Assembly (NCBI GenBank): GCA_964016885.1
Contig: OZ024740.1
Span: 201,314,001-201,378,000 of the forward strand
Length of the DNA: 64,000 nucleotides
Direction of reading: 5' to 3'
Origin: Eledone cirrhosa
Lineage: Eukaryota
This document shows positions 13,012-30,100 of the stretch, piece by piece. The number at the start of each line of letters is the position of its first letter. Positions within the stretch are counted from its first letter, which is position 1. A program made the translations under genes and the position numbers. The notes below the pieces were generated by a model, which ran no database searches, was not told the DNA's origin, and saw only the letters and a program-made list of their open reading frames with translations.

Positions 13012-13838
13012 TCTCTATATATATAAAACGGTAGATGTCTGTCTGTGTGTGTGTATGATTTTTATGCATTTCCACATTTCTCTACCGATTTTGATGATCT
13101 TTTTTCCAATGTGCTCCAAATTTACCACCGATAGTCAACGCGTAATAAACTTTGCCAAAAATGTCCTGCTTCTATAAAAAATATTGATAAAACTAAATAC
13201 ATGCTGTAACTCTCTCTCTTACACGCTTAATCCCTCTCTCTACTACCCTCAACAATCTATGAAACTACATACATGTTGCAACTTTCTTTAAAAGGTTTAT
13301 CCCTCCCTCTACTCCCCTCTCAATCTCCTCTGCAACTCTCTTTAAAAGGTTCATCCCTCCCTCTACTCCCCTCTCAATCTCCTCTGCAAATCTCTTTAAA
13401 AGATTAATGCCTCCCTCTACTACCCTATCACCATTACAGTTTACAACAGCGACAAAACCTCGTTCAGGAACGCGACATAAACTTTGAAAACTAAGCAACA
13501 CATCAATTTATACAACTTTACTCTCTCCGTCGCTCTTCCCTCTCTCTCTCTATAATAGATCATTCCCCCTCTCTATAATTTAACTGCTTTACCCTCTTCA
13601 TGCTTCGATGTTTAACACACCTCCCTATAGTTTCTTAGCTTTACTAAATTCGCTATTGGAAGATTATTAACCCATCATTGATTGTCCAAAATGCTAATTG
13701 GTTCGTAACTTTTAATAACCGGTTCAACTGCTTTGTGCACTTAATTGATAAGCTTACTCGCTTTCAATCAACGTTTACCTGTATGTAACTTTTCATAGCA
13801 AATGAACAAACCCGAGCAACACCGGGCTAAACTGCTAG
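13012..13838 (+). mobile_element. Non-autonomous Helitron-like element
   Basis: 5' TC(TC)TATATATATAAAA...GTCTGTCTG. 3' hairpin CCCGAGCAACACCGGG followed by CTGCTAG|T. Internal ~57-bp tandem repeats at 13200-13430. Confidence 0.7.
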
Positions 13839-13866
13839 TATATAAATATATATATATTTTTATATA

Positions 13867-15382
<1,516 letters not shown>

Positions 15383-16139
15383 CACATAAACCACAAGGAT
15401 GCCATAGTTTGGCAAGAATCAGTAGGCGAGTTTCAATCAAATTCATATCAACCGTTCTGTACAGTGTTGTAGTAGATATACTTGTATTATGTCTGGAGAA
15501 TAGACAGGCAGGTCATGACTTGATTGTCTTTGATCATAGGTCTACTTGATTGGAGCTGACCTGGGGTTAAACACCACCAAAAGCACATTTGTGTCGGCAT
15601 ACGTCCAATGAATGGAAATGTATTGTTTGTTGACATCACATTGAACTCTATTCAATCAATAAATTTAATTGAATTCTGAACTCAACTAAAAATAGATTCA
15701 TTGAAAATAGTAATATCTGTCGTAGACAACACCAGATATGTTGATATATCAACCCCAATATATGATTGGTATGCATTATATCAACCCGAGTATAAGACTT
15801 ACTTATTTTATCGATCGAGAACTGATGCAAAAATATAGGTTCCGTATCAACCCTAGGATATGATTGGTATTTATTTTATCTATATCAGAATGGTGAAGGA
15901 GCAAGGGTGATAGATTCCATTATATCAGCCCTTGTATATGGCTAGTACTTATTTTATCGACCCCAGATTAATGAAAGACTAGAAGTAGGTTGATTGATAC
16001 AAATCAAGGGCTAGATCTCTTTATTTAATCACCAGCTATTGGTTGGTACTTATTTCAAAGACACTGCAGAGTAGAAACGCCAGAGTTGAATTGTATTATA
16101 TGAACTCCACTTTTTCACTGTTACATACTGTTACTTGTA

Positions 16140-16334
16140 CAGACCTGCCAACCACTAAAAACCCAAACTGGGTGTACCATTAAAAAAGGTGACCCAAAAC
16201 GAGGAGAAATTATGTAAAATGGGGAGATTTTACATAATGAAAGCTATACCCATTTTCACAAGAGAAAACATCTCTTACCCACCCCAAAGTGGGTGGGATA
16301 TCTCCCCGTCGGACAGAGAGAGTTGACAGGTCTG
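16140..16334. mobile_element. MITE with 6-bp TSD (hAT-like)
   Basis: TIRs CAGACCTGCCAAC / GTTGACAGGTCTG. CTTGTA is duplicated on both sides (16134-16139 and 16335-16340). Confidence 0.8.
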
Positions 16335-16772
16335 CTTGTATGATGATTAAGGAGGAAAGAGCTACTAAAGTGTAAACTCTGTCATGGGCTAAATTTCTTC
16401 TAATGAGGATATCAAAATCGTCTGCGCGTCATTTTTCCCAGCATGCACTGTCACTGACCAGATGTCATTGCCTGCAGTGGAGTTACATTCTTACATCTGG
16501 TGAACGTTTTAAATACGACCAATAGTCAAGATATTTGTAATGTAACTATAAGTACAATTATAATTGTGCACAGGCATAATGATATCTGTGGTTAAATTCG
16601 CTTCGCATCTACGTAGTGCAGGATCCAGTCCCAAAGCATGACAACATAGGAAAGTGTCTACTACTATAGCTTCCAGTTGATTAATGTCTTCTGAGAGAAA
16701 TTGGGTAGACACAAACTGCAGAATCCCATTATATATAAATATATATACATACATTAGATCTCAATGAATAAT

Positions 16773-16962
16773 TGTTTCTACTTTTGGCACAAGGCCAGCA
16801 ATTACCCAGTGCATTACTGGTACTTTATTTTATCGACCCCGTAAGGATGAAAGGCAAAGTTAACCTCGGCGGGATTTGAACTCAGAATGGAAAGGGCCGT
16901 AACTCTTTGCGTTAAAGCATGGCGTCCGACTCTCTACCGATACTGCCAATACACCGCCTATC
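16773..16962 (-). mobile_element. Deu/Nin-type SINE with 18-bp TSD
   Basis: Same family as 1085-1273. TAGATCTCAATGAATAAT occurs at 16755-16772 and 16963-16980. Confidence 0.85.
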
Positions 16963-17127
16963 TAGATCTCAATGAATAATATCACCCAGAACATAATTTA
17001 GATTGCTTAACAATGATGTTTTGCTTCTGGGATAAGTGTATAGTGTTCTTTTATTTTAAGGTACTCTAATGTGATCTTCCCTATAGTTAATTCTGTGCCT
17101 TACTGGAGATAGATCAATATTTGTATT

Positions 17128-17254
<127 letters not shown>

Positions 17255-17489
17255 GTGCGTGCGTGTCGACATCTGCGTCTATAACTTGTTATGGAGCCGT
17301 CCGACAAAAATATCAATATAATAAGTACCAGACTTATTAAGGTATATATAGTTGACTAAATCACTTTAAGGGGGTTCCGAAGTCTAATGGCTTCATTAAA
17401 TGGTACAGTCACCGTCATGACACACAACGTGTCTTTTTGGGAGTTTAATGACTTGCTAAAAACAAATAAAAGAATAAAAGAACGGTATC

Positions 17490-18160
17490 ACCTATTGAGG
17501 AAAGACATCCATAAGGTGTAATGTTTAGTGCAACGGACATCGCTGGCTGTTCTCCGTTACAACACTTTTGCCGTCTTGTCAGCGGGGCACAACTGAAAGA
17601 TGCTGTCGAACTGAGAGTGTAAAGTTTGGAATAGTTTAAAACACGTTTCCAGAGTTGAAGCTAATGTACTTGCTCTTAAGAAGACAAAACACAGGGACTG
17701 GTTTGATTATAATGATGATGCAATCACCATTATCATTGAAGAGAAGTACAAGCTGTATGAGAAATGGTTTCTTGCAGACGGTCAAGTAAGGACCACTTTG
17801 GAGGAAGCCTTCAAAGAAGCAAAATCAAAATTGTAATGTAAAACACGAAATATGAAGAATAACTGATGGCCTCAAGTTTCAGCAGAGATGCAGAAGCTTA
17901 TAACTGCAGAGACTTGAAGGCATTATGTGACACAATAAGGCAATAAGGCACGTTTCTGGTCCTCAGCCCTCAGAAATGGCACCATTGAAGTCAAAAGATG
18001 AGTACGTCCTCCTCAAAGATCTAGCAGGGATCATGAGTTGCTGGACTGAAGACTTTAAAGATCTGTTTGACAACCCACCTGTAATTAATGAGGAAATGTT
18101 TAATGAACTGCCACAAAAGAAGACTAACAGAGATTATGAATGACCCAATTATTGATGAGA
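17490..18160 (+). pseudogene. RTE-clade LINE ORF remnant (left part, upstream of the RT core)
   Basis: DWFDYNDDAITIIIEEK motif, then ...ELPQK... and NDPIIDEIRFTIKE. Multiple stops and frameshifts. Confidence 0.7.
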
Positions 18161-21100
18161 TAAGATTTACTATCAAAGAGATAAGATCTGCTATCAAAGA
18201 GATAAGATCTACTATCAAAGAGATAAGATCTACTATCAAAGAGATAAGATCTACTATCAAAGAGATAAGATCTACTACCAAAGAGATAAGATCTACTATC
18301 AAAGAGATAAGACCTACTATCAAAGAGATAAGATCTACTATCAAAGAGATAAGATCTACTATCAAAGAGATAAGATCTACTATCAAAGAGATAAGATTTA
18401 CTATCAAAGAGATAAGATCTACTATCAAAGAGATAAGATCTACTATCAAAGAGATAAGATCTACTATCAAAGAGATAAGATCTACTACCAAAGAGATAAG
18501 ATCTACTATCAAAGAGATAAGACCTACTATCAAAGAGATAAGATCTACTATCAAAGAGATAAGACCTACTATCAAAGAGATAAGATCTACTATCAAAGAG
18601 ATAAGATCTACTATCAAAGAGATAAGATCTACTATCAAAGAGATAAGACCTACTATCAAAGAGATAAGATCTACTATCAAAGAGATAAGATCTACTATCA
18701 AAGAGATAAGACCTACTATCAAAGAGATAAGATCTACTATCAAAGAGATTAAGACCTATTATCAAAGAGATAAGATCTACTATCAAAGAGATAAGATCTA
18801 CTATCAAAGAGATAAGACCTACTATCAAAGAGATAAGATCTACTATCAAAGAGATAAGATCTACTACCAAAGAGATAAGATCTACTATCAAAGAGATAAG
18901 ATCTACTATCAAAGAGATAAGATCTACTATCAAAGAGATAAGATCTACTATCAAAGAGATAAGATCTACTATCAAAGAGATAAGATCGACTATCAAAGAG
19001 ATAAGACCTACTATCAAAGAGATAAAATTTACTATCAAAGAGATAAGACCTACTATCAAAGAGATAAGATTGACTATCAAAGAGATAAGATCTACTATCA
19101 AAAAGATAAAATCTACTATCAAAGTGATAAAATCTAATATCAAAGAGATAAGATCTACTATCAAAGAGATAAGATTTACTATCAAAGAGATAAGACCTAC
19201 TATCAAAGAGATAAGATTTACTATCAAAGAGATAAGATCTACTATCAAAGAGATAAGATATACTATCAAAGAGATAAGATCTACTATCAAAGAGATAAGA
19301 TCTACTATCAAAGAGATAAGATCTACTATCAACGAGATAAGATCTACTATCAAAGAGATAAGATCTAATATCAAAGAGATAAGACCTACTATCAAAGAGA
19401 TAAAATCTACTATCAAAGAGATAAGATCTACTGTCAAAGAGATAAGATCTACTATCAAAGAGATAAGTCCTACTATCAAAGAGATAAGACCTACTATCAA
19501 AGAGATAAGATTTACTATCAAAGAGATAAGACCTACTATCAAAGAGATAAGACCTACTATGAAAGAAATAAGATTTACTATCAAAGAGATAAGATCTACT
19601 ATCAAAGAGATAAGATCTACTATCAAAGAGATAAGACTTACTATCAAAGAGATAAGATTTACTATCAAAGAGATAAGATTTACTATCAAAGAGATAAGAT
19701 CTACTATCAAAGAGATAAGACCTACTATCAAAGAGATAAGATCTACTACCAAAGAGATAAGATCTACTATCAAAGAGATAAGACCTACTATCAAAGAGAA
19801 AGGACCTACTATCAAAGAGATAAGATCTACTATCAAAGAGATAAGATCTACTATCAAAGAGATAAGACCTACTATCAAAGAGATAAGATCTACTACCAAA
19901 GAGATAAGATCTACTATCAAAGAGATAAGACCTACTATCAAAGAGATAAGATCTACTATCAAAGAGATAAGATCTACTATCAAAGAGATAAGATCTACTA
20001 TCAAAGAGATAAGATTTACTATCAAAGAGATAAGATCTACTATCAAAGAGATAAGATCTACTATCAAAGAGATAAGATCTACTATCAAAGAGATAAGATC
20101 TACTACCAAAGAGATAAGATCTACTATCAAAGAGATAAGACCTACTATCAAAGAGATAAGATCTACTATCAAAGAGATAAGACCTACTATCAAAGAGATA
20201 AGATCTACTATCAAAGAGATAAGATCTACTATCAAAGAGATAAGATCTACTATCAAAGAGATAAGACCTACTATCAAAGAGATAAGATCTACTATCAAAG
20301 AGATAAGATCTACTATCAAAGAGATAAGACATACTATCAAAGAGATAAGATCTACTATCAAAGAGATAAGACCTATTATCAAAGAGATAAGATCTACTAT
20401 CAAAGAGATAAGATCTACTATCAAAGACATAAGACCTACTATCAAAGAGATAAGATCTACTATCAAAGAGATAAGATCTACTACCAAAGAGATAAGATCT
20501 ACTATCAAAGAGATAAGATCTACTATCAAAGAGATAAGATCTACTATCAAAGAGATAAGATCTACTATCAAAGAGATAAGATCTACTATCAAAGAGATAA
20601 GATCGACTATCAAAGAGATAAGACCTACTATCAAAGAGATAAAATTTACTATCAAAGAGATAAGACCTACTATCAAAGAGATAAGATTGACTATCAAAGA
20701 GATAAGATCTACTATCAAAAAGATAAAATCTACTATCAAAGAGATAAAATCTAATATCAAAGAGATAAGATCTACTATCAAAGAGATAAGATTTACTATC
20801 AAAGAGATAAGACCTACTATCAAAGAGATAAGATTTACTATCAAAGAGATAAGATCTACTATCAAAGAGATAAGATATACTATCAAAGAGATAAGATATA
20901 CTATCAAAGAGATAAGATCTACTATCAAAGAGATACGATCTACTATCAGCGAGATAAGATCTACTATCAAAGAGATAAGATCTAATATCAAAGAGATAAG
21001 GCCTACTATCAAAGAGATAAAATCTACTATCAAAGAGATAAGATCTACTATCAAAGAGATAAGATCTACTATCAAAGAGATAAGACCTACTATCAAAGAG

Positions 21101-24100
21101 ATAAGACCTACTATCAAAGAGATAAGATTTACTATCAAAGAGATAAGACCTACTATCAAAGAGATAAGACCTACTATGAAAGAAATAAGATTTACTATCA
21201 AAGAGATAAGATCTACTATCAAAGAGATAAGATCTACTATCAAAGAGATAAGACTTACTATCAAAGAGATAAGATTTACTATCAAAGAGATAAGATTTAC
21301 TATCAAAGAGATAAGATCTACTATCAAAGAGATAAGACCTACTATCAAAGAGATAAGATCTACTACCAAAGAGATAAGATCTACTATCAAAGAGATAAGA
21401 CCTACTATCAAAGAGAAAGGACCTACTATCAAAGAGATAAGATCTACTATCAAAGAGATAAGATCTACTATCAAAGAGATAAGACCTACTATCAAAGAGA
21501 TAAGATCTACTACCAAAGAGATAAGATCTACTATCAAAGAGATAAGATTTACTATCAAAGAGATAAGACCTACTATCAAAGAGATAAGATCTACTATCAA
21601 AGAGATAAGACCTACTATCAAAGAGATAAGATTTACTATCAAAGAGATAAGACCTACTATCAAAGAGATAAGATTTACTATCAAAGAGATAAGATCTACT
21701 ATCAAAGAGATAAGATCTACTATCAAAGAGATAAGACCTACTGTCAAAGAGATAAGACCTACTATCAAAGAGATAAGATTTACTATCAAAGAGATAAGAT
21801 CTACTATCAAAGAGATAAGATCTACTATCAAAGAGATAAGACCTACTATCAAAGAGATAAGATTTACTATCAAAGAGATAAGATCTACTATCAAAGAGAT
21901 AAGATCTACTATCAAAGAGAGAAGACCTACTATCAAAGAGATAAGATTTACTATCAAAGAGATAAGATTTACTATCAAAGAGATAAAATCTACTATCAAA
22001 GAGATAAGACCTACTATCAAAGAGATAAGATCTACTATCAAAGAGATAAGACCTACTATCAAAGAGATAAGATTTACTATCAAAGAGATAAGACCTACTA
22101 TCAAAGAGATAAGATCTACTACCAAAGAGATAAGATCTACTATCAAAGAGATAAGACCTACTATCAAAGAGATAAGATTTACTATCAAAGAGATAAGACC
22201 TACTATCAAAGAGATAAGATCTACTATCAAAGAGATAAGATCTACTACCAAAGAGATAAGATCTACTATCAAAGAGATAAGATTTACTATCAAAGAGATA
22301 AGACCTACTATCAAAGAGATAAGATCTACTATCAAAGAGATAAGACCTACTATCAAAGAGATAAGATTTACTATCAAAGGGATAAGACCTACTATCAAAG
22401 AGATAAGATTTACTATCAAAGAGATAAGATCTACTATCAAAGAGATAAGATCTACTATCAAAGAGATAAGATCTAATATCAAAGAGATAAGACCTACTAT
22501 CAAAGAGATAAGATTTACTATCAAAGAGATAAGATCTAATATCAAAGAGATAAGATCTACTATCAAAGAGATAAGATCGACTATCAAAGAGATAAGATCT
22601 ACTATCAAAGAGATAAAATCTACTATCAAAGAGATAAAATCTACTATCAAAGAGATAAGACCTACTATCAAAGAGATAAGATCTACTATCAAAGAGATAA
22701 GATTTACTATCAAAGAGATAAGACCTACTATCAAAGAGATAAGATCTACTATCAAAGAGATAAGACCTACTATCAAAGAGATAAGATCTACTACCAAAGA
22801 GATAAGATCTACTATCAAAGAGATAAGACCTACTATCAAAGAGATAAGACCTACTATCAAAGAGATAAGATCTACTATCAAAGAGATAAGACCTGCTATC
22901 AAAGTGATAAGATCTACTATCAAAGAGATAAGACCTACTATCAAAGAGATAAGATCTACTATCAAAGAGATAAGATCTACTATCAAAGAGATAAGATTTA
23001 CTATCAAAGAGATAAGATCTACTATCAAAGAGATAGGACCTACTATCAAAGAGATAAGATTTACTATCAAAGAGATAAGATCTACTATCAAAGAGATAAG
23101 ATCTACTATCAAAGAGATAAGACCTACTGTCAAAGAGATAAGATTTACTATCAAAGAGATAAGATTTACTATCAAAGAGATAAAATATACTATCAAAGAG
23201 ATAAGACCTACTATCAAAGAGATAAGATCTACTATCAAAGAGATAAGACCTACTATCAAAGAGATAAGATTTACTATCAAAGAGATAAGACCTACTATCA
23301 AAGAGATAAGATCTACTACCAAAGAGATAAGATCTACTATCAAAGAGATAAGACCTACTATCAAAGAGATAAGATTTACTATCAAAGAGATAAGACCTAC
23401 TATCAAAGAGATAAGATCTACTATCAAAGAGATAAGACCTACTATCAAAGAGATAAGACCTACTATCAAAGAGATAAGATCTACTATCAAAGAGATAAGA
23501 TTTACTATCAAAGAGATAAGACCTACTATCAAAGAGATAAGATCTACTATCAAAGAGATAAGACCTACTATCAAAGAGATAAGATCTACTACCAAAGAGA
23601 TAAGATCTACTATCAAAGAGATAAGACCTACTATCAAAGAGATAAGACCTACTATCAAAGAGATAAGATCTACTATCAAAGAGATAAGACCTACTATCAA
23701 AGAGATAAGATCTACTATCAAAGAGATAAGACCTACTATCAAAGAGATAAGATCTACTATCAAAGAGATAAGATCTACTATCAAAGGGATAAGACCTACT
23801 ATCAAAGATATAAGATCTACTATCAAAGAGATAAGATCTACTACCAAAGAGATAAGATCTACTATCAAAGAGATAAGATCTACTATCAAAGAGATAAGAT
23901 TTACTATCAAAGAGATAAGATCTAATATCAAAGAGATAAGACCTACTATCAAAGAGATAAGATTTACTATCAAAGAGATAAGATCTAATATCAAAGAGAT
24001 AAGATCTACTATCAAAGAGATAAGATCGACTATCAAAGAGATAAGATCTACTATCAAAGAGATAAAATCTACTATCAAAGAGATAAAATCTACTATCAAA

Positions 24101-27100
24101 GAGATAAGACCTACTATCAAAGAGATAAGATCTACTATCAAAGAGATAAGATTTACTATCAAAGAGATAAGACCTACTATCAAAGAGATAAGATCTACTA
24201 TCAAAGAGATAAGACCTACTATCAAAGAGATAAGATCTACTACCAAAGAGATAAGATCTACTATCAAAGAGATAAGACCTACTATCAAAGAGATAAGACC
24301 TACTATCAAAGAGATAAGATCTACTATCAAAGAGATAAGACCTGCTATCAAAGTGATAAGATCTACTATCAAAGAGATAATACCTACTATCAAAGAGATA
24401 AGATCTACTATCAAAGAGATAAGATCTACTATCAAAGAGATAAGATTTACTATCAAAGAGATAAGATCTACTATCAAAGAGATAGGACCTACTATCAAAG
24501 AGATAAGATTTACTATCAAAGAGATGAGATCTACTATCAAAGAGATAAGATCTACTATCAAAGAGATAAGACCTACTGTCAAAGAGATAAGATTTACTAT
24601 CAAAGAGATAAGATTTACTATCAAAGAGATAAAATATACTATCAAAGAGATAAGACCTACTATCAAAGAGATAAGATCTACTATCAAAGAGATAAGACCT
24701 ACTATCAAAGAGATAAGATTTACTATCAAAGAGATAAGACCTACTATCAAAGAGATAAGATCTACTACCAAAGAGATAAGATCTACTATCAAAGAGATAA
24801 GACCTACTATCAAAGAGATAAGATTTACTATCAAAGAGATAAGACCTACTATCAAAGAGATAAGATCTACTATCAAAGAGATAAGACCTACTATCAAAGA
24901 GATAAGACCTACTATCAAAGAGATAAGATCTACTATCAAAGAGATAAGATTTACTATCAAAGAGATAAGACCTACTATCAAAGAGATAAGATCTACTATC
25001 AAAGAGATAAGACCTACTATCAAAGAGATAAGATCTACTACCAAAGAGATAAGATCTACTATCAAAGAGATAAGACCTACTATCAAAGAGATAAGACCTA
25101 CTATCAAAGAGATAAGATCTACTATCAAAGAGATAAGACCTACTATCAAAGAGATAAGATCTACTATCAAAGAGATAAGACCTACTATCAAAGAGATAAG
25201 ATCTACTATCAAAGAGATAAGATCTACTATCAAAGGGATAAGACCTACTATCAAAGATATAAGATCTACTATCAAAGAGATAAGATCTACTACCAAAGAG
25301 ATAAGATCTACTATCAAAGAGATAAGATCTACTATCAAAGAGATAAGATTTACTATCAAAGAGATAAGATCTACTATCAAAGAGATAAGACCTACTATCA
25401 AAGAGATAAGATCTACTATCAAAGAGATAAGATCTACTATCAAAGAGATAAAATCTACTATCAAAGAGATAAAATCTACTATGAAAGAGATAAGACCTAC
25501 TATCAAAGAGATAAGATCTACTATCAAAGAGATAAGATCTACTATCAAAGAGATAAGATTTACTATCAAAGAGATAAGATCTACTATCAAAGAGATAACA
25601 TCTACTATCAAAGAGATAAGACCTACTATCAAAGAGATAAGATCTACTATCAAAGAGATAAGATCTACTATCAAAGAGATAAGACCTACTATCAAAGAGA
25701 TAAGATTTACTATCAAAGAGATAAGACCTACTATCAAAGAGATAAGATTTACTATCAAAGAGATAAGACCTACTATCAAAGAGATAAGATCTACTATCAA
25801 AGAGATAAGACCTACTATCAAAGAGATAAGATCTACTATCAAAGAGATAAGACCTACTATCAAAGAGATAAGATCTACTATCAAAGAGATAAGATCTACT
25901 ATCAAAGAGATAAGACCTACTATCAAAGAGATAAGATCTACTATCAAAGAGATAAGAACTACTACCAAAGAGATAAGATCTACTATCAAAGAGATAAGAT
26001 CTACTATCAAAGAGATAAGATCTACTATCAAAGAGATAAGATCTACTATCAAAGAGATAAGATTTACTATCAAAGAGATAAGATCTACTATCAAAGAGAT
26101 AAGACCTACTATCAAAGAGATAAGATCTACTATCAAAGAGATAAGATCTACTATCAAAGAGATAAAATCTACTATCAAAGAGATAAAATCTACTATCAAA
26201 GAGATAAGACCTACTATCAAAGAGATAAGATCTACTATCAAAGAGATAAGATCTACTATCAAAGAGATAAGATTTACTATCAAAGAGATAATATCTACTA
26301 TCAAAGAGATAAGACGTACTATCAAAGAGATAAGATCTACTATCAAAGAGATAAGATTTACTATCAAAGAGATAAGATCTACTATCAAAGAGATAAGACC
26401 TACTATCAAAGAGATAAGATTTACTATCAAAGAGATGAGATCTACTATCAAAGAGATAAGACCTACTATCAAAGAGATAAGATCTACTATCAAAGAGATA
26501 AGATCTACTATCAAAGAGATAAGATCTACTATCAAAGAGATAAAATCTACTATCAAAGAGATAAGACCTACTATCAAAGAGATAAGATCTACTATCAAAG
26601 AGATAAGACCTACTATCAAAGAGATAAGATCTACTATCAAAGAGATAAGATCTACTATCAAAGAGATAAGATCTACTATCAAAGAGATAAGACCTACTAT
26701 CAAAGAGATAAGATTTACTATCAAAGAGATAAGATTTACTATCAAAGAGATAAGATCTACTATCAAAGAGATAAGACCTACTATCAAAGAGATAAGATCT
26801 ACTACCAAAGAGATAAGATCTACTATCAAAGAGATAAGACCTACTATCAAAGAGAAAGGACCTACTATCAAAGAGATAAGATCTACTATCAAAGAGATAA
26901 GATCTACTATCAAAGAGATAAGACCTACTATCAAAGAGATAAGATCTACTACCAAAGAGATAAGATCTACTATCAAAGAGATAAATTTACTATCAAAGAG
27001 ATAAGACCTACTATCAAAGAGATAAGATCTACTATCAAAGAGATAAGACCTACTATCAAAGAGATAAGATTTACTATCAAAGAGATAAGACCTACTATCA

Positions 27101-30100
27101 AAGAGATAAGATTTACTATCAAAGAGATAAGATCTACTATCAAAGAGATAAGATCTACTATCAAAGAGATAAGATCTACTATCAAAGAGATAAGACCTAC
27201 TATCAAAGAGATAAGATTTACTATCAAAGAGATAAGACCTACTATCAAAGAGATAAGATCTACTATCAAAGAGATAAGACCTACTGTCAAAGAGATAAGA
27301 CCTACTATCAAAGAGATAAGATTTACTATCAAAGAGATAAGATCTACTATCAAAGAGATAAGACCTACTATCAAAGAGATAAGATTTACTATCAAAGAGA
27401 TAAGATCTACTATCAAAGAGATAAGACCTACTATGAAAGAGATAAGATTTACTATCAAAGAGATAAGATTTACTATCAAAGAGATAAAATCTACTATCAA
27501 AGAGATAAGACCTACTATCAAAGAGATAAGATCTACTATCAAAGAGATAAGACCTACTATCAAAGAGATAAGATTTACTACCAAAGAGATAAGATCTACT
27601 ATCAAAGAGATAAGACCTACTATCAAAGAGATAAGATTTACTATCAAAGAGATAAGACCTACTATCAAAGAGATAAGATCTACTATCAAAGAGATAAAAT
27701 CTACTATCAAAGAGATAAGACCTACTATCAAAGAGATAAGATCTACTATCAAAGAGATAAGACCTACTATCAAAGAGATAAGATTTACTATCAAAGAGAT
27801 AAGACCTACTATCAAAGAGATAAGATCTACTACCAAAGAGATAAGATCTACTATCAAAGAGATAAGACCTACTATCAAAGAGATAAGATTTACTACCAAA
27901 GAGATAAGACCTACTATCAAAGAGATAAGATCTACTATCAAAGAGATAAGACCTACTATTAAAGAGATAAAATTTACTATCAAAGAGATAAGACCTACTA
28001 TCAAAGAGATAAGATCTACTATCAAAGAGATAAGACCTACTATCAAAGAGATAAGATCTACTATCAAAGAGATAAGATCTACTATCAAAGAGATAAGACC
28101 TACTATCAAAGAGATAAGATCTACTACCAAAGAGATAAGATCTACCATCAAAGAGATAAGATTTACTATCAAAGAGATAAGACCTACTATCAAATAGATA
28201 AGATCTACTATCAAAGAGATAAGACCTACTATCAAAGAGATAAGATTTACTATCAAAGAGATAAGACCTACTATCAAAGAGATAAGATTTACTATCAAAG
28301 AGATAAGATCTACTATCAAAGAGATAAGATCTACTATCAAAGAGATAAGATCTACTATCAAAGAGATAAGACCTACTATCAAAGAGATTAGATTTACTAT
28401 CAAAGAGATAAGATCTACTATCAAAGAGATAAGATCTACTATCAAAGAGATAAGATCGACTATCAAAGAGATAAGATCTACTATCAAAGAGATAAAATCT
28501 GCTATCAAAGAGATAAAATCTACTATCAAAGAGATAAGACCTACTATCAAAGAGATAAGATCTACTATCAAAGAGATAATATTTACTATCAAAGAGATAA
28601 GACCTACTATCAAAGAGATAAGATCTACTATCAAAGAGATAAGACCTACTATCAAAGAGATAAGATCTACTACCAAAGAGATAAGATCTACTATCAAAGA
28701 GATAAGACCTACTATCAAAGAGATAAGACCTACTATCAAAGAGATAAGATCTACTATCAAAGAGATAAGACCTACTATCAAAGAGATAAGATCTACTATC
28801 AAAGAGATAAGACCTACTATCAAAGAGATAAGATCTACTATCAAAGAGATAAGATCTACTATCAAAGAGATAAGACCTACTATCAAAGAGATAAGATCTA
28901 CTATCAAAGAGATAAGATCTACTACCAAAGAGATAAGATCTACTATCAAAGAGATAAGATCTACTATCAAAGAGATAAGATCTACTATCAAAGAGATAAG
29001 ACCTACTATCAAAGAGATAAGATTTACTATCAAAGAGATAAGACCTACTATCAAAGAGATAAGATCTACTATCAAAGAGATAAGACCTACTGTCAAAGAG
29101 ATAAGACCTACTATCAAAGAGATAAGATTTACTATCAAAGAGATAAGATCTACTATCAAAGAGATAAGACCTACTATCAAAGAGATAAGATTTACTATCA
29201 AAGAGATAAGATCTACTATCAAAGAGATAAGATCTACTATCAAAGAGATAAGACCTACTATCAAAGAGATAAGATTTACTATCAAAGAGATAAGATTTAC
29301 TATCAAAGAGATAAAATCTACTATCAAAGAGATAAGACCTACTATCAAAGAGATAAGATCTACTATCAAAGAGATAAGACCTACTATCAAAGAGATAAGA
29401 TTTACTACCAAAGAGATAAGATCTACTATCAAAGAGATAAGACCTACTATCAAAGAGATAAGATTTACTATCAAAGAGATAAGACCTACTATCAAAGAGA
29501 TAAGATCTACTATCAAAGAGATAAAATCTACTATCAAAGAGATAAGACCTACTATCAAAGAGATAAGATCTACTATCAAAGAGATAAGACCTACTATCAA
29601 AGAGATAAGATTTACTATCAAAGAGATAAGACCTACTATCAAAGAGATAAGATCTACTACCAAAGAGATAAGATCTACTATCAAAGAGATAAGACCTACT
29701 ATCAAAGAGATAAGATTTACTACCAAAGAGATAAGACCTACTATCAAAGAGATAAGATCTACTATCAAAGAGATAAGACCTACTATTAAAGAGATAAAAT
29801 TTACTATCAAAGAGATAAGACCTACTATCAAAGAGATAAGATCTACTATCAAAGAGATAAGACTTACTATCAAAGAGATAAGATCTACTATCAAAGAGAT
29901 AAGATCTACTATCAAAGAGATAAGACCTACTATCAAAGAGATAAGATCTACTACCAAAGAGATAAGATCTACTATCAAAGAGATAAGATTTACTATCAAA
30001 GAGATAAGACCTACTATCAAATAGATAAGATCTACTATCAAAGAGATAAGACCTACTATCAAAGAGATAAGATTTACTATCAAAGAGATAAGACCTACTA

